Source: Octopus sinensis (Eukaryota). Taken from it: 64,000 bases of DNA. Under the pieces are notes generated by a model. The model was not told the origin of the DNA. It made no database searches and saw nothing but the letters and a program-made list of their open reading frames with translations. Shown piece by piece: positions 38,780 to 53,849 of this stretch. Position 1 is the stretch's first letter. Every line of letters begins with the position of its first letter. The position numbers and the translations under genes were made by a program. Location: positions 47,802,001 through 47,866,000 of the forward strand of contig NC_043001.1 in the NCBI RefSeq assembly GCF_006345805.1. Direction: 5' to 3'.

Positions 38780-39424
38780 GTAACAATGTATATGGACTCC
38801 TTTGATTACTACTTTATTCTGGTGGACTCCCATAGCTACTTCATGTTTAAAAACTAGTTTTATAAATACTTCTTTCGAAATTCCTATTTTGTTTTTTATA
38901 CAAAAATATTTGTGTCGGTTGAACTATGTAAAATGTAAGAGACAGAAACCTATCTGTTACTTGCAATACATACCAATACATACATCTAAAGCAAAAAATT
39001 TTCAGGGGCTCGTAAAATACTATTGTGGATTCCCAATTTACTACTTTCTAGCGTGGGCCCCACAAAATCTTGTACGGATCCCCAGGGACCATATGGATCC
39101 CGACTGAGAACCACTGCTCTAGGTGATATCCGAAGAGAACAGTTACCATTTAGTGGATGCATATCAACGATTTCAGTTTGCATTGATGTAGTCATCTAAG
39201 CTGGAGGCGGATTCATAGAATAATGTTTTGAGAAAGCTTATCTAGAACATGTCCACAAATGTTTATTACAATACTACTCTGGGTCAGAATAGACCTGAGA
39301 ACAATAAGGGTCTAAGATGTGGTTCCACGCTTCTCAAAACCCTGGATCGCCTGAACCAGAGCTCCTATACGGGATAAAGTTTAAAGTCACACTCAGGACG
39401 TATACTTATAAATACATACATATT

Positions 39425-39808
39425 CTTTTAGTCTATTACTTGTTTCAATCATTTGACTGCAGCCATGCTGGAGTATCGCCTTAAAGGGATTTAGTCGAAG
39501 AAATCGACCGCAGGACTTATTCTTTGTATGCCTAGTACTTATTCTATTGGTCTCTTTTGCCAAACCGCAATTTCGGTTGCACAGCGATGGTGGTGGGGAC
39601 AGACACAGACACAAAGGCACGCACACACAAACACATACATATACATAAACATATACGGCGGGCTTTTTTCAGTTTCTGTCTATCAAATCCATTCTGAAGG
39701 CTTTGGTCGGCCCGAGGCTACAGTAGAAGGCACTTGCCGAAGTTACCACGCAATGAGACTGAACCCGGAACCATGTGTTTTAGAAGCAAGCGTCGTGCCA
39801 CACAGCTA
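39425..39808 (-). mobile_element. SINE family A
   Basis: Same motifs as 8602-8992. Confidence 0.85.
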
Positions 39809-40210
39809 CGCATGTTTATGTATGCATGTATGCAGTACGACGCATGTGTTTATTTATGTATGTACGTATGCAATCCGACGAACCTTCTTCAAAAGAGAAC
39901 CATGGGTGTTTATACAGACTTTATGAATAATTTTTGTTCTAAGTTGAGCAAATTACTGTTTTTATTTTTGGTCTCTAGAAAATGCCCGGCTTATATGAGA
40001 AACTGGGGAGGGTTTATAGAGAATGTTCATAGTCAACTGCAATTACGAGTCTTAATTACGGAGAGCATCGCAAAGGGTTGCCACTCTATTCCTTTGAACG
40101 ATTCAACAACAACACAGTCTCTCTCTCATACATACATTCATATATGTGTGTGTGTGTAAGTGTATGTGTATACATATATATATATACATATACACATACA
40201 TGCACGCACG

Positions 40211-40337
<127 letters not shown>

Positions 40338-40370
40338 ATATATATATATACATATACATACACATACATA

Positions 40371-40503
40371 TTGCTGAAAAGTTCCTGACTTTAGGGGTAT
40401 CCTGAAAGGCACAACCTTCCTAGTTGTTTTACAGGGCTTAGAAAAACTGAACTACTTTTGCATTAAGTGTGTGAATCTGAGGTGGAGAATATGTTGAATA
40501 AAA
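40371..40503 (+). mobile_element. Mariner-derived non-autonomous fragment
   Basis: TIR-like tgctgaaaagttcct, followed by QGLEKLNYFCIKCVNLR(G)EYVE*, which matches the mariner transposase C-terminal pattern KC...GxYVE. Confidence 0.65.
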
Positions 40504-41095
40504 TCTCCCTATTGAACACCTCTGGACATAATGTACCTTACGTGTATTCTATCATAATTCAGCTTCTGGGTAGCCACATCGAATGATATAGAACTACGGG
40601 AACTTGTTTAAGGTAAAGGATCACATAGTATTTCACCTGAAGGGTAAATTCAGAGTTCGCTTCTTTGGATTTTATACAGTATAAAGAATGTGTATTCAAG
40701 ACATTAAAAATAAGAATGGAAATTATACACCTTTAAAAGCTTATTTATTGCAGTATCATATACAATACATTCATTTTAAATCTCTGCCCAACATGTGTTT
40801 CTACTCCATAGATATCCTAACATGTCGCATCCAATAGCATTTTCTTGGCTCAATCGTATTATAAATGCATTAAAGGTATATGTATCCATGCAGCTTTATA
40901 TATATCACCGGCATCATTGAGATAAGGAAAGATTATCAACGACACCGCTAATTGAAACATTTGATACATTATTTATTAGTATAATAGCATAGCCTGGAAA
41001 AAACATGGATCACATGGAAAAATGCAAGCAAAAACTATAATATTAAGATAAACTCATAGTGCTGCCACAATGGGTTTTATACACACACACACACA

Positions 41096-41127
<32 letters not shown>

Positions 41128-41493
41128 TACACACACACACTCACACACACACATATAAATATATATATAAATACACACAATGCAAACATACAGACATATC
41201 ACTGGTCAGTAGACTGGCCTTTGTTGTTTTATCTGATCGGACACTACACGCTGGTACGATGGCCCAACGGGTTAAGTCATTAAAAACTGATGAAGGCATG
41301 TCTACTAAAAACAAGATCAAGTATTTCAATGCATCAAATTATATTACATGGGAAAATGCGAGCAAGTGAAATAATGTTCTTAAGATTATAAATCTGGAAA
41401 AGTAAAGGACAAGTTATTACATCTGGCAAAGTACAGAACAAGAAAAATATTACTTAAAATATTGCAGCTGAGGTTAAAATATTACTAGAAAAT

Positions 41494-41891
41494 ACTAGTA
41501 GTATCGCCCGGCGTTGCTCGGGTTTGTAAGGGAAATAACTATATAAGCATTTTAGAGAGTTATAGCCAAAAAATAGCAAAAAAATGCATTAAAAATGGAA
41601 AAAAAATGATGGTAAATTTTTTTTAAATCGTTGACTGATTGTAGACATTTTTAGAGAGTTACTTCCCTTATATAATAGCGAAGAAAATGCATTAAAATGG
41701 AAAAAAATGATGGTAATTTTTTTTTTAAATCGTAGACTCATCGTAGACGCGCGCTAGTACCCAGAAGGGCTCGATATGAATCACGACTATAGATACCCGC
41801 TTTTGGTTAAACTGCACCGCAAAATGTGGGAGTAGTTAGGAATCTAAATCGTAGGAGACAGACACACAACTTCACTTTTATATATAAAGAT
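41494..41891 (+). mobile_element. Helentron-associated (HINE/DINE/Lep1-like) non-autonomous element
   Basis: Starts actag and ends tatataaagat in a T|T site; subterminal hairpin cccggcgttgctcggg (41507-41522); two internal repeats of about 100 bp. Confidence 0.7.
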
Positions 41892-43040
41892 TAGCTTTTA
41901 TTAAAACTAAAACTTTGTTACAAGTTTATTACTCCTATTTGCTATTACTTGTTACTTCTATCAAAGATTAAAAATAAATCAAAATATCTTATCCTTAGAT
42001 GCAATATTTTGAGTAAAAAATTTTATGTTCTGTACTTTACCAGATGTAATAACTTGTCCTGAACTTTTCCAAGTGTAATAACTTTTCCTGCACTTTTCCA
42101 GATTTATAACCTTAAGAATATTATTTCTTTCCTTCGCCTTTTTCCATGCAATCCATGTTTTTTCCAGGCTATGCTATTATACTAATTAATAATGTATCAA
42201 ATGTGTCAATTAACGGTACCGTTGATAATTTTTCCTTACCTCAATGATGCCGGTAACATATATTGAAAGTCCCCTAGTACTATATTCCTAATAAAGTATT
42301 GAACTATATCACCTTCAAATTTGAGAAACAAACACTCATAGCATTTTTTCTTTTAAAACTTCATTGCATGAGATTGATACCATGGAATTCCTTGAATTAA
42401 GCTCTACCATTTTAGCTTGATTAAAATATAGTTTGTTTTTAAAATAAAAAAGTTAATTATACTTAAATCCAATTTTTTGCCTTACTTATATTTGTTTTCG
42501 TGATATTTTACCTCACAAGCCTTTTGATACAAATTTTTATTGCATGGGAACAAAGCTATGAAATTCTTCAAGCTTTCTTCTATTATTGAAGGTAAGATAA
42601 ATATATTTTGCTTTTAAAATAAAAAAAAAGTTATTTAGGTCTAAACTTTGATTGGTGGCATTACTTACTCTCCTATAACGTCGCTACAATTTTTGATGCA
42701 AACATTTATCTACTGGACCAAATCTCAATTTTTTGAATGCCAAAATGTAACTAGGGACCAGTCCACTTCAAAAATGTAAACGGTTTTCCATTTGGTTAAG
42801 AACAGAATTAGAGACAAGCTCTGAAAGATGCCGCGTGGGAGTAAATTGCGGCCTTAAGAATATTATTCAACTACAACCGTAGTTGAATGATTGTCTTGTT
42901 TATAGAAATTAATATTACAAAGAAAATTTTTTCATACTGTATCTATTTTTCTTTTAAGATATCTGTATTTCAGATGTCAAAGTGGCTCCCCAGCATGGCC
43001 GCATTCTTGTGACTGAAATAACTAAAAGATTAAATATAAA

Positions 43041-43098
<58 letters not shown>

Positions 43099-44139
43099 GC
43101 GCACACACACAAACACACACAACACACACACACACCACACACACACACACCACACACACACACACACACCACACACACACAATTTCCTGGATTCGTGAGA
43201 ATCGGGTATTTAAATAGTGAAAGCACCGAGATCGGGTCGGTGATAGCGCTATCGTCTACAAACAATGTATAACGACAAATACGTACTCACCAAAGTAAGC
43301 ACTAATGTAAACAGCCGTTATGCATACATTCACAAGTGGCTGATTGAATACACAAGTCATCTAGGTCACACATGGGTACACTGACTGCACTTATTGCACC
43401 GCCGTCGTATATAGGTATGTGTGTGTGTGTATGTGTGTGTATGTGTGTGTGTAAGATGCATTCATTTGTCCTCTAACAAATGTACATGACCACAATGCCG
43501 GACACAATAAGTCCCCTACCATTTCATTTAAGGCACTTACCACAGCATACCCAGAAGAAATTTATCCAGTTATATCATTGATTGAGAATGCAGTGGCTTA
43601 TCACATCTCTTTTCACTAAAATCCGCAGCTGAATATCTATATGTATATATATTAACACATTTTCCTTTAACGTATTGATATAGAGATACGTATAAGGCGG
43701 CGAGCCGGCAGGATCGTTAGCACGTCGTGCAAAATGCTTAGCGGCATTTCGTCCATCTTTACGTTCTGAGTTCAAATTCCGCTGCGGTCGACTTCACTCT
43801 GTGTAAAAACCGGTTTGTCTGAGCTCATCCACGGATTCACAATATAGAATGGTGATGAACCTTGATGAACCTTCGGCCCTACCACAATATTACGTGGAAC
43901 TCTTCACTAATCTAAATAATATTGTTAGCCTGATGTGCCAACAGAGAGCTTTTGAAGTATTTTGCTCGGATTGATAATTCCTCACTATTTGTTCTCTCTC
44001 TCTCTCGGCGCCCGTACCCTTTTGGTCTTATATGTAAGTACATATTTCTTTAAACTTGGTACGACCCTATAACACTGTCTCTCTCCCCGCTCTCCTACAT
44101 TTCTCTGCCTTTCACACTTTGCAAGACATATTTTTTCTC

Positions 44140-44520
44140 TCTCCGCCCTAAGGCATTTTTCTAACACGCCAGCTCAAAGTTTACTCGTCCTGTCGAAAGA
44201 CGCCTGTCTGTGACGTCCTGTTTTTGTTATTATTATTATCATTATTGTTTTTACGTATTTTTGTATTCTTATTCGTGTAACATCGTCCGTTTTTCCGTCC
44301 TTGTTTTGTATACATTCGAGGCTTTCTTCCAAGGAATCTAATGCGCTTGGCTTAGATTTTCCTTTGGGGCTGGCCAGATCGGAGCAATCTCAAGATTAAT
44401 CAGCCGAAATTGCGAGGATGATCCGGTTCTTGACTGAAGATTGAAGGCTTCGAATGTCCCGTCCGTGTTTTTTGTATCGTCTTTTAAATGTTTTGCATTC
44501 TTGTACCAGTTTGTATTTAT
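44140..44520 (+). repeat. Unclassified dispersed repeat; second copy at about 48815-49215
   Basis: Both copies share ggggctggccagatcggagcaatctcaagattaatcagc..gaggatgatccggttcttgactgaagatt. Confidence 0.8.
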
Positions 44521-44521
44521 A

Positions 44522-44568
<47 letters not shown>

Positions 44569-44603
44569 ACATACATATACATACATACATACATATATAT
44601 ATA

Positions 44604-44643
<40 letters not shown>

Positions 44644-44644
44644 T

Positions 44645-44676
<32 letters not shown>

Positions 44677-44708
44677 ATGTGATACAAGTCTTTGGTGTAG
44701 CAATTGCA

Positions 44709-44800
44709 TGCGGCTGAAGAGGGTTTTAAACTATCTGTTATGACGATTATACATTGATGTAAGAATAAGTTATTTTATAAAGCCCGAAACATGTACACCA
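44709..44800 (+). ncRNA. Hammerhead motif, intact core, eroded stem I
   Basis: cgg CTGAAGA gggtttta..taaagccc GAAAC at GTA; same family as 33542. Confidence 0.5.
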
Positions 44801-44833
44801 CGACATCCTTTGTGTTTTTTTTGTTATTTCATT

Positions 44834-44881
<48 letters not shown>

Positions 44882-44977
44882 TATATATACATACATACAT
44901 ACATACATACATACATACATACATACATACATACATACATACATACATACATACATACATACGTATATATATATATT

Positions 44978-45520
44978 ACAATATTAATGATAAGGATTGC
45001 TAGGAAGTTGCATAGCACTACTTTTAATTCTGTAATTTATATACCGCCTTACATAGACCAATACATGTTTCAATTGCACCGATTAGTAACCGTTTCAATT
45101 GCAATCCTACTATAAATCCGGTGCAGTTTCTTTAGGGTCTTTCCTTGATATCCTTCGATTTGGCCGTTTAAAGAGATTCTTTTATCCAATCTGCTTTGTA
45201 TGATGCAGTTTTTGAAATAATGGACTAAAAATGATTATCCAATAAAAACCTGAAATGGAGATTGTTCGCGTCTAACTTAACGGATAACTCTACATCATAT
45301 AACTCAGAGTAGATGAAACAAAATCTTTAAACAGCCAAATCGAAGGATATCAAGTAAAGACCCCGAAGAAACTGCACCGGATTTATGGTAGGGTTGCAAT
45401 TGCAACGGTTACTAATCGGTGCAATTGAAACATGTGTTGGTTTATGTAAGGAGATATATAAATTAAAGAATTAAAGGTGATGCTATGCAACTTCGTAGTT
45501 AACCTTATTATCAATATTGT
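44978..45520. repeat. Fold-back: about 215 bp diverged inverted arms, each with a hammerhead motif (45055-45140 minus, 45358-45443 plus)
   Basis: catgtttcaattgcaccgattagtaaccgtt mirrors aacggttactaatcggtgcaattgaaacatg. Cores are CTAAAGA (left) and CCGAAGA (right). Confidence 0.9.
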
Positions 45521-45730
45521 TAATTGATATACTCTAGGAAACCTATATGGTTAAGGAAATATATTCAGAATTATCCAACGGAATATCCCTCTAATTCCTA
45601 ATAAGAACTATATTGGATTTATATGTTGACTATTGAATAACATATTTTGAATACCTAACTGAGTGCAAACCGGTAATCGTTTAGGGGTAATCCCTTACTA
45701 TTTACAAATACATACATATATACATATATT

Positions 45731-45789
<59 letters not shown>

Positions 45790-46071
45790 ATTAAAGTTTT
45801 GATATACCAGTTGTGTAGTCTCTCACCCGCAAGAGAATATATACTTCATAAGTCGATTATAGTGAATTTAGCACTCAGCTGGTGCTTATTTTATTGACCC
45901 CGATGGGATGAAAGGCAAAGTCGACCGCAACGAAATTTGAACTCAGAACGTAAAGACAGACAAAATGCTGGTATGCATTTTGTCCAGCGTGTTAACGATT
46001 CTTCCAGCTCGCCACTATATATGTATCTCTATATTAATACGCTAAAGGAAAATGTGTTATTTGACGGGTGA

Positions 46072-46117
<46 letters not shown>

Positions 46118-46304
46118 TGGTCGGTGGAGAGAGCCAGGAGGAAAGGATGGTTAAATAGCTGATGGAGGTGGTAAAGAGTAAGAGAGAGAAGAAAGACAGG
46201 GTATGGAAAGAGAATATTTAACACCGAGGAGATGTGGGATAGTTGAAAAAAGTAAAAGAAGGGGAGAGAAAGAATAAGGAGGATGAATGAGAGGAAAAAG
46301 AGAC

Positions 46305-46355
<51 letters not shown>

Positions 46356-46929
46356 TGTTTACTGAAGAGAATATTGAAAAATTTTAGTCTTGTTTTCTTT
46401 TTAATTTTTATATCACCCATCAGTTAACGCATGCGCTTTAGTGAATTAACTGTCGTCTGCTCACTTGAAACTCATGAAATATTGCCAACAACAGACGATG
46501 TAAAACTAACAAGAGAAAAAGTGATAAGTATTAGGGTAAGGTGCTTCTATAGTTTGTTTCAAATAACCGTGTTAAGATTTGTTAAAACTTTACCGACGTA
46601 GTGAAGCAGAATAATATTATAGATAATGTCTTTGATTTTCTTCCATAGTTCAAACTATTTACTTAACACAAAGTGAAAAATAACAAACAACTCACAAAAT
46701 AGAAGGCGTAAGAATATTATAACTTTCAGAGATATTGTTTTTTGAGATTGCACTTTTAGTACTTCTTAAATGGACTTTTATATCATCTCAAGGTGCTAAT
46801 GGTTCAGAAAAAATATACAATTCCATCTCACAACTTTCAAAACAACCTTGGAATTTCCACGGTACTACTAATACTATTAATATATATGGTATATGTATAT
46901 ATATATATAGTATATATATTATATATATA

Positions 46930-46988
<59 letters not shown>

Positions 46989-47069
46989 TATTTTTTGTTG
47001 TTGTGGCATCCTTTTGTCTCGGTAGACAATGGAGTGGCGCATAAACTAATCCAGTCTGGTTTTTACATT

Positions 47070-47400
47070 TCATGTCCTCTCCAGTTTCCTCTCCAGTATT
47101 GCGCAGGCCTGGGCTAGACGTAAAAAAATCCTGGGTAGCCCAATCGTCAGGATTCCTCCCTCGACCTTGCTGATGTAGTCCAAAGGATTGCAGAGCATTA
47201 CGTTTGGCACCAGCTTGGTTGCAGGAGCTGCCGGAAGAGTGTTGAGTCGAATACTAAACCGCCGACAGGGCTCCACTCCGGATTACTCTGGAGGTTGTCT
47301 CCTTTCTGTAACCCCGGATAGGAGCCCATACCGGGTACTGTCAGCCGGAGCCAGTTGAGCCCGGGATTCGTGTCAGGCAGGGTCGTCACTCCATGAAGTA
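47070..47400 (-). mobile_element. Higher-GC repeat fragment, possibly an RTE-clade 5' UTR
   Basis: Minus-strand ctggtgccaaacgta..ggactacatcagcaaggtcgaggg resembles RTE 5' regions as I recall them; unverified. Confidence 0.35.
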
Positions 47401-47550
47401 GGGAAGAAAATCGCTACCCACTACCTATATATGTTCATATATATATATATATAATATATATATTATATATTATATATATATATATTCAACATGTGAAACT
47501 GTTAATCCAAACATGGTACTTTTTCTCCCTCCGTTTTCTTATCTCATTCC

Positions 47551-47585
47551 TTTCTGTCGAAGAGCGTAGGCTCGAAACATTGAAA
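47551..47585 (+). ncRNA. Degenerate minimal hammerhead motif
   Basis: ttt CTGTCGA a gagc gtag gctc GAAAC att gaaa (A6>U and G16.2>A relative to the 49423 motif). Confidence 0.45.
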
Positions 47586-47694
47586 ACTTTTACATTCTTC
47601 CTGATCGTCAAACTAAACAGAGCCTGTTTGTTGTTCTCTCACCTGTCTCTATCTTTTGTTTTCTTTTGTACATTTGAAGCACACATGCACACGC

Positions 47695-47738
<44 letters not shown>

Positions 47739-48603
47739 ACACATTATTATTTATATGTGGAGGATGTTGGAAGGTCTTGTCCCATATTTCTGCAATAAAA
47801 ATAAAACTTCAGTGTACGAACTTGTAGATAGTACCAGTTTATGCATATACCCCCTCCTTCCCAATCGCAAGCAACACTCTGATATTTAGAGACCTTCGAG
47901 TGTTCAACATACCAGAAATATAAAAGAGATCTCTATTAACATCCACGAAAAAGTAGGACAAACTCCTACCTACAAGACCGGACTAACGTTACATTCAGGA
48001 AGACCATATGCTACAAATTCAATTACAGATTAGTGTGACGTATTAAAAATTCAAGAAGGCTGGGGAGGAAGGGGATAAATAAATAAATAAAAATACATAA
48101 GTAAATTTTAAGATGTTTACCAGCATCGCCGCTGTCAAATGGCTGAAGCCATTTAAAGAAAATTACAAAAGCGAAATATGTAACACACACACACACAAAC
48201 ATACACAGGAAAACACACAGACACACAATCACCACCACCACCAGCGCCTCCATAAAAGAACATTAGCAAAGAAGAATGACGAGACAAGCAACGTTAATAT
48301 CGTGAGATAGATAATCGAAAACAAAGGGGCAGACAGACAGATAGACGGTTAGACAGAAAGACGAACACAGACAGGCAGACAGAGACAGACAGATAGACAG
48401 ACACAAATAGACACAGACAGACAGAAATAAATAAAAATATGACTTACATGCACATGTATGTATGTGTGTGTCCATTAATGTGTATATGTATGTATGTATG
48501 TGTATATGTACATGTGTATGTGTAATGTATGGATGCATGATATGTGCTTGTGTGTATGTATGTATCTATTCATGCATTATGTGTGTGTATATATATATAT
48601 GTA

Positions 48604-48676
<73 letters not shown>

Positions 48677-49267
48677 TTCTGTCTCTCTTTCTCTCTCTTC
48701 TCCCTCTCTTTAATTCCTTTGCCTCATTTTTTCTCTCTTCCCTTCTCACGTGACCACCGGTCAACTATAGCCTTTCGGCTTCTGACCGGCGCCAGAAGAA
48801 CATCGATTTCTTCGTCTGCCATAAGGCATTATTTTTCAAACACGCCAGCTAAGTTGAATTGTCTAAAGTCGAAAGGCGCCTGTTGTTTTTGTTCTGTTTT
48901 ATTATTATTATTATTATTATTGTTTTTTGTATTTATATTCGTATTACTTTTGGTTTTTTGTATTTATTTTCGTGTAACATCGTCCGTTTTTCTGTCCTTG
49001 TTTCGTATACATTCGATCCTTTTTCCAAGAAATCTAATTCTCGTAGCTTAGTTTTTCCTTGGGGCTGGCCAGATCGGAGCAATCTCAAGATTAATCAGCT
49101 GAAATTGCGAGGATGATCCGGTTCTTGACTGAAGATTAGAGGCTTCGGATGACCCGTCCGTTTTTGTATCGTCTTTTTGAATGTTTTGCGTTCTTGTCCC
49201 ATTTTGTATTTATATATTATATATATATTTTTATACATATATTTTGGCGGCGTACGTACACCTTCCT

Positions 49268-49312
<45 letters not shown>

Positions 49313-49422
49313 TTATATATAGTTATCCAAACACGAAAACACAAAGAGAAAACACAACAACGCGAGGACGTGGCTCAAGTATAGTGTTATTGGACGCCCA
49401 GGAAAAGAAAGAAAGAAGGAGG

Positions 49423-49457
49423 ATTTAACGTTTCGAGCGGAGCTCTTCGTCAGAAAC
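49423..49457 (-). ncRNA. Minimal Penelope-type hammerhead, intact core
   Basis: Minus strand: gttt CTGACGA a gagc tcc gctc GAAAC GTT aaat. Stem III is the loop-less palindrome aacgtt. Confidence 0.7.
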
Positions 49458-49707
49458 ATAGGAAAAGGAAAGATCCAAGGAAGGGAAGACGGAGGAAAAA
49501 AATCGCCAACGATACACACGCTGTCACAATGCGCGCACAAGTTCTTATGGGGAGAAGGGAGGGAAAAAGAGAAGCAGAGAAATAGAGGTTGATAGAGAGT
49601 GAGTTGTAGATAAAGTGTTGAGTGCATGCTTCACATATTAAATGTAGGAACATACACGTGTGTGCGTATTTGTGTCTGTGTGCGTGAGTGTGTGTGTGTG
49701 GTGTGTG

Positions 49708-49746
<39 letters not shown>

Positions 49747-50689
49747 CTTATTTGTGTGAATGTTTTTTATGTGAGTTGGGAGGGGCGCAAAAGCAGACAG
49801 GCACTCAGAGAAAAAGTGAGACTGTACACCAGTGAGTAGGATTTTCTCTGCGTATGCTTGTGCAAATATGCATGTGCATATTTGTATATTTGGTGTGTAT
49901 GATTATGCTGAATATGCATGTATGTATGTGCGTGTTATGTGTATGTGCGTGTTATATGTGTTTTGCGTGTTATGGAATTATTTGCACGTGTGAATCCGTG
50001 TATTTATGCGTGTGAGTGTGTGTGTCAGTGTGCGCACGTGTGTGTGTGTGCGTGTGTGTGTATGTGTTAGTGTGCGTGTATATGTGTGTGTGTATGTGTG
50101 TGCGTGAGTGTGTGTGTGTGTGTGTGTGTGTGCATATTTATGGATGTACATTATGTATGTGTATTCAAATCCGTCTATGTATGTGTGTATACGTGTATGC
50201 GTGCATACGCATGTGTTTGCGTACGTGAAATAAGGAAAAGAGGGGAAATTACTGCTGAGAAAGCGAAAAGGACGGGGAAAACAGAAAAGGAAAGAAAAAA
50301 CGAAAGAAAAGAGACAGAGGGAGGTGTGGAGAGGGAGTGAGAGATAAAATAAATAAAGAATGAATGAGGGATAGAGAGTCAGGAGAGATGTCATAACGAC
50401 ATTTGTGACATTCGCGCATCATTAAAAAAAGCTGGTGCGTAACATTGAACATATTCAGTCAATAAGCAACGCATAGAACATCGTTTATTTTATACTCTCT
50501 CAACAATATTCCCCAATGAATTTTACACTAAAAGCCTTAACCCTATAAATATAATTAACCCCAAACATATATAGCCGTAGCCGGTCTAAACCTAAAAACG
50601 ATAGACATTATTAGAGCTAATTCTACATCAACGCGTAGTCCGAAAATATAAACTGACTTGACTCTAATAATAATTTTTTCTGTTAAAGG

Positions 50690-51445
50690 CGCAAAGTCTG
50701 AAATTCTTGTGGAGGAGGCTAGTGGATTATATCGATCTCACAGCTCGACTGATGCTTATTTTCTCGACTCTGAAATGATTAAAATAAGAAATCGACCTCG
50801 GTGGGCTTTGAATTCAAATTGTAAAGACGGACGAAAGCATTTTTACTCAGCATTCTTTCGAAATGCCGCTAAACATTTTGCTATACCCGCTCGCTGGCTT
50901 AATAATAATGGTAATAATAATGGTTTCAAATTTTGGCACAGTGCTCAACTGGTATTTATTTTATCGGCCCCAAAAAGATAAAATGCAAAATCGACCTCCG
51001 CGTATTTTGAACTCAGAACGTAAAAACGGACGAAACGACGTTAGACAGTTTAATCCGCCAGTTCGCCGCCTTCATAATAATATTAATAATCTTTTCTACT
51101 ATGGACACAAGGCCTGGAATTTTGGAGAAGGGTGGAATTTGAACTCAGAACGTAAAGACGAACGAAATGCCGCAAAGCATTTTGCCCGGCGTGCTAACGA
51201 TTCTGCCAGTTCACCGCCTTAACAACAACAACAATAATAGTCATTCCTATTATAGGCACAAGGCCCGAAATTTTAGCGGAGGGGTTAAGTCAATTACATC
51301 GACTCCGGTATTCAACTGGTACTTAACTTATCGACCCCAAAATGATGAAAGACAAAGTCAACGTCTACAGAAAATGAACTCAGAACGTAAAGACAGAAGA
51401 TATGTCACTAAGCATTATGGCCGGAGTGGCAGCTCACTGCCTTAA
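50690..51445 (-). mobile_element. Cluster of four co-oriented SINE family B pieces
   Basis: Repeated caactggta.ttattttatcg.cccc and tttgaactcagaacgtaaagac blocks separated by (AAT)/(AAC) runs. Confidence 0.8.
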
Positions 51446-51662
51446 CAACAACAACAACAACAACAGCAACAATAACAGCAGCAGCAGCAGCAGTCGTTTT
51501 CAAGTGAGTCCTTGTCTTAGATTACACTTTGTTGATTTATTTTCAAAAATTGGTTGATTATTTCTGTGTAGTGTCACACGGAATTACGGAATTATCCTAG
51601 AGATAGGCGAGAAGGTTGTTACTCATTGATTATATATATATATCATATATATATATATATAT

Positions 51663-51965
<303 letters not shown>

Positions 51966-52032
51966 ATATATATATGTATGTATATATATGTATATATATG
52001 TATGTATGTATATGTATAGATGTATGTATGTA

Positions 52033-52077
<45 letters not shown>

Positions 52078-52145
52078 TATATATGTATGTATATATATAT
52101 GTATATATATGTATGTATGTATGTATGTGTATATGTATGTATGTG

Positions 52146-52182
<37 letters not shown>

Positions 52183-53849
52183 ATATATATATATATATAT
52201 AGTATAATTATATATGTGTGTGTGTGTGGTGTGTGTATTGGTCTCGTTTGAACACAAAAGATATTATTGAACACTAGTTCTTTTTTATTAGCGGTACGTT
52301 TATTTTTATTGGAATACCTGGAAGATATCGATACTTTCTGCAATAGTCGTAGTATCATCAATATGAATAAGTATGGCTCTGTCAGCCTTGAAAAATTTTG
52401 AACAAAATATTAGTAGATATTTCGAAAGAAAAGAAAAGAGAACAGAAAAAAGAAACGGATACACAAAGAGAAAAGATTGATTAATAAGAGACAAAAAAAT
52501 GTTGATGATATTGAATTAAATATTCGTAACGAAAACCAAACAATAACAACTCACACATTCACAAATTTTTTACTGCACTCAAATATTAACGAATTCATGA
52601 GCAGCTTTATAAATATTGCTTGCTCAAGAAAATTTCTTGACATTGATAAGATTCAGCAGAAAGCAGCGTGTCACAACTGAGTTGATCTCCTTGCCTGAGA
52701 AATCCATTTAAGAATAACAATGGGGAAATTGACATATATCTACCTCTCGAAGGGATATTTCAGTGTACACGCAAAGGATTAACTGAAGGAAGCTTTAACT
52801 GATATATAAATGAGCGTACTGTCAAGCTATCAAAGAAAATCATATGGTAGCGTCTACTAAATGTATAAACAGGGGCGACAATCAGAGATAGTGAGGCTTC
52901 CATAGACTCATGCCGTAATTCAAGATTGGCAATCACTCAAGGACATTGGCAATGATATTGAACTCAGTATGAACTTAAACGCTCTAATGAACCCGAAAAC
53001 AGCAAAGCACCCCGGAGCTGTGCTTCATTGCGGTGTGCAGAAGCAAAAATGGAGTTGCGGAATTGAAAGTTCTTTTGCTTCACATATAGTAGTCAAATTT
53101 ATTTGAGGGCTTCCATCCTAGGAAACTAGAAATTGAGAAAAAGCGTGAGCGGTGAAAAATAGTAGCTTCCAACAACACCCCTAAAGTTTCGTCACAGGTT
53201 GCAGCACTGAGGACGGTTGAAGTACTCGCCTCGCACTTAGAGACCAAAGTCAACGACCAGACAGCCCATCATCTGATCACAACCAAGAGAGCTATCTTAT
53301 CGGCTTGCGAAAATGACGAAAGCATTGTGACTAATCTGAGATGGCAGGCTGTTGGACTCAATACAAAAGACAGGTAAGGAAAAAGAAGGCTCCCCCAAAA
53401 GGAAAAGAGGAAAAGCTTACTCAAAGTGAAAGCAAGTAGAACGTGCGAGAAGGGGATGCCTTGAGTGATGCACCAATGCTTTCCTTGTGAAAATAATGAA
53501 AGGCATCAAGCAGAACGATGAGAATAAGCTACATGCCAGAGAAGCGGAAATAAAGCAAGAAGCGTTTTAAAATTAGAGTTTAGGTGAAACCTCCCTGTAA
53601 TAATCTACGATAATCAGTCCAGAGGATGTGGGTTACCTCAGCCAAGTTCAACACTCTAAAAGACTCCTCCTTGGCACTTTAGTTTTCATCAAATTTAAAA
53701 TTAACATTAACGTATAGACTGCTTGTAAAAGCCACACCAGTAGTGCAACCTCAAGAATTTTTTATAAATTCATAAGAAAAGCGTTTATGTCTTTTGGGTC
53801 TCAATGAAAATAATATTTGGCAAAGCATTTTATTAATGTGCATTATTTG

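Noticed and set aside
39040-39120. hAT-like terminus (ctgagaaccactg)
   Set aside because: Only one end is visible, with no matching TIR or TSD.
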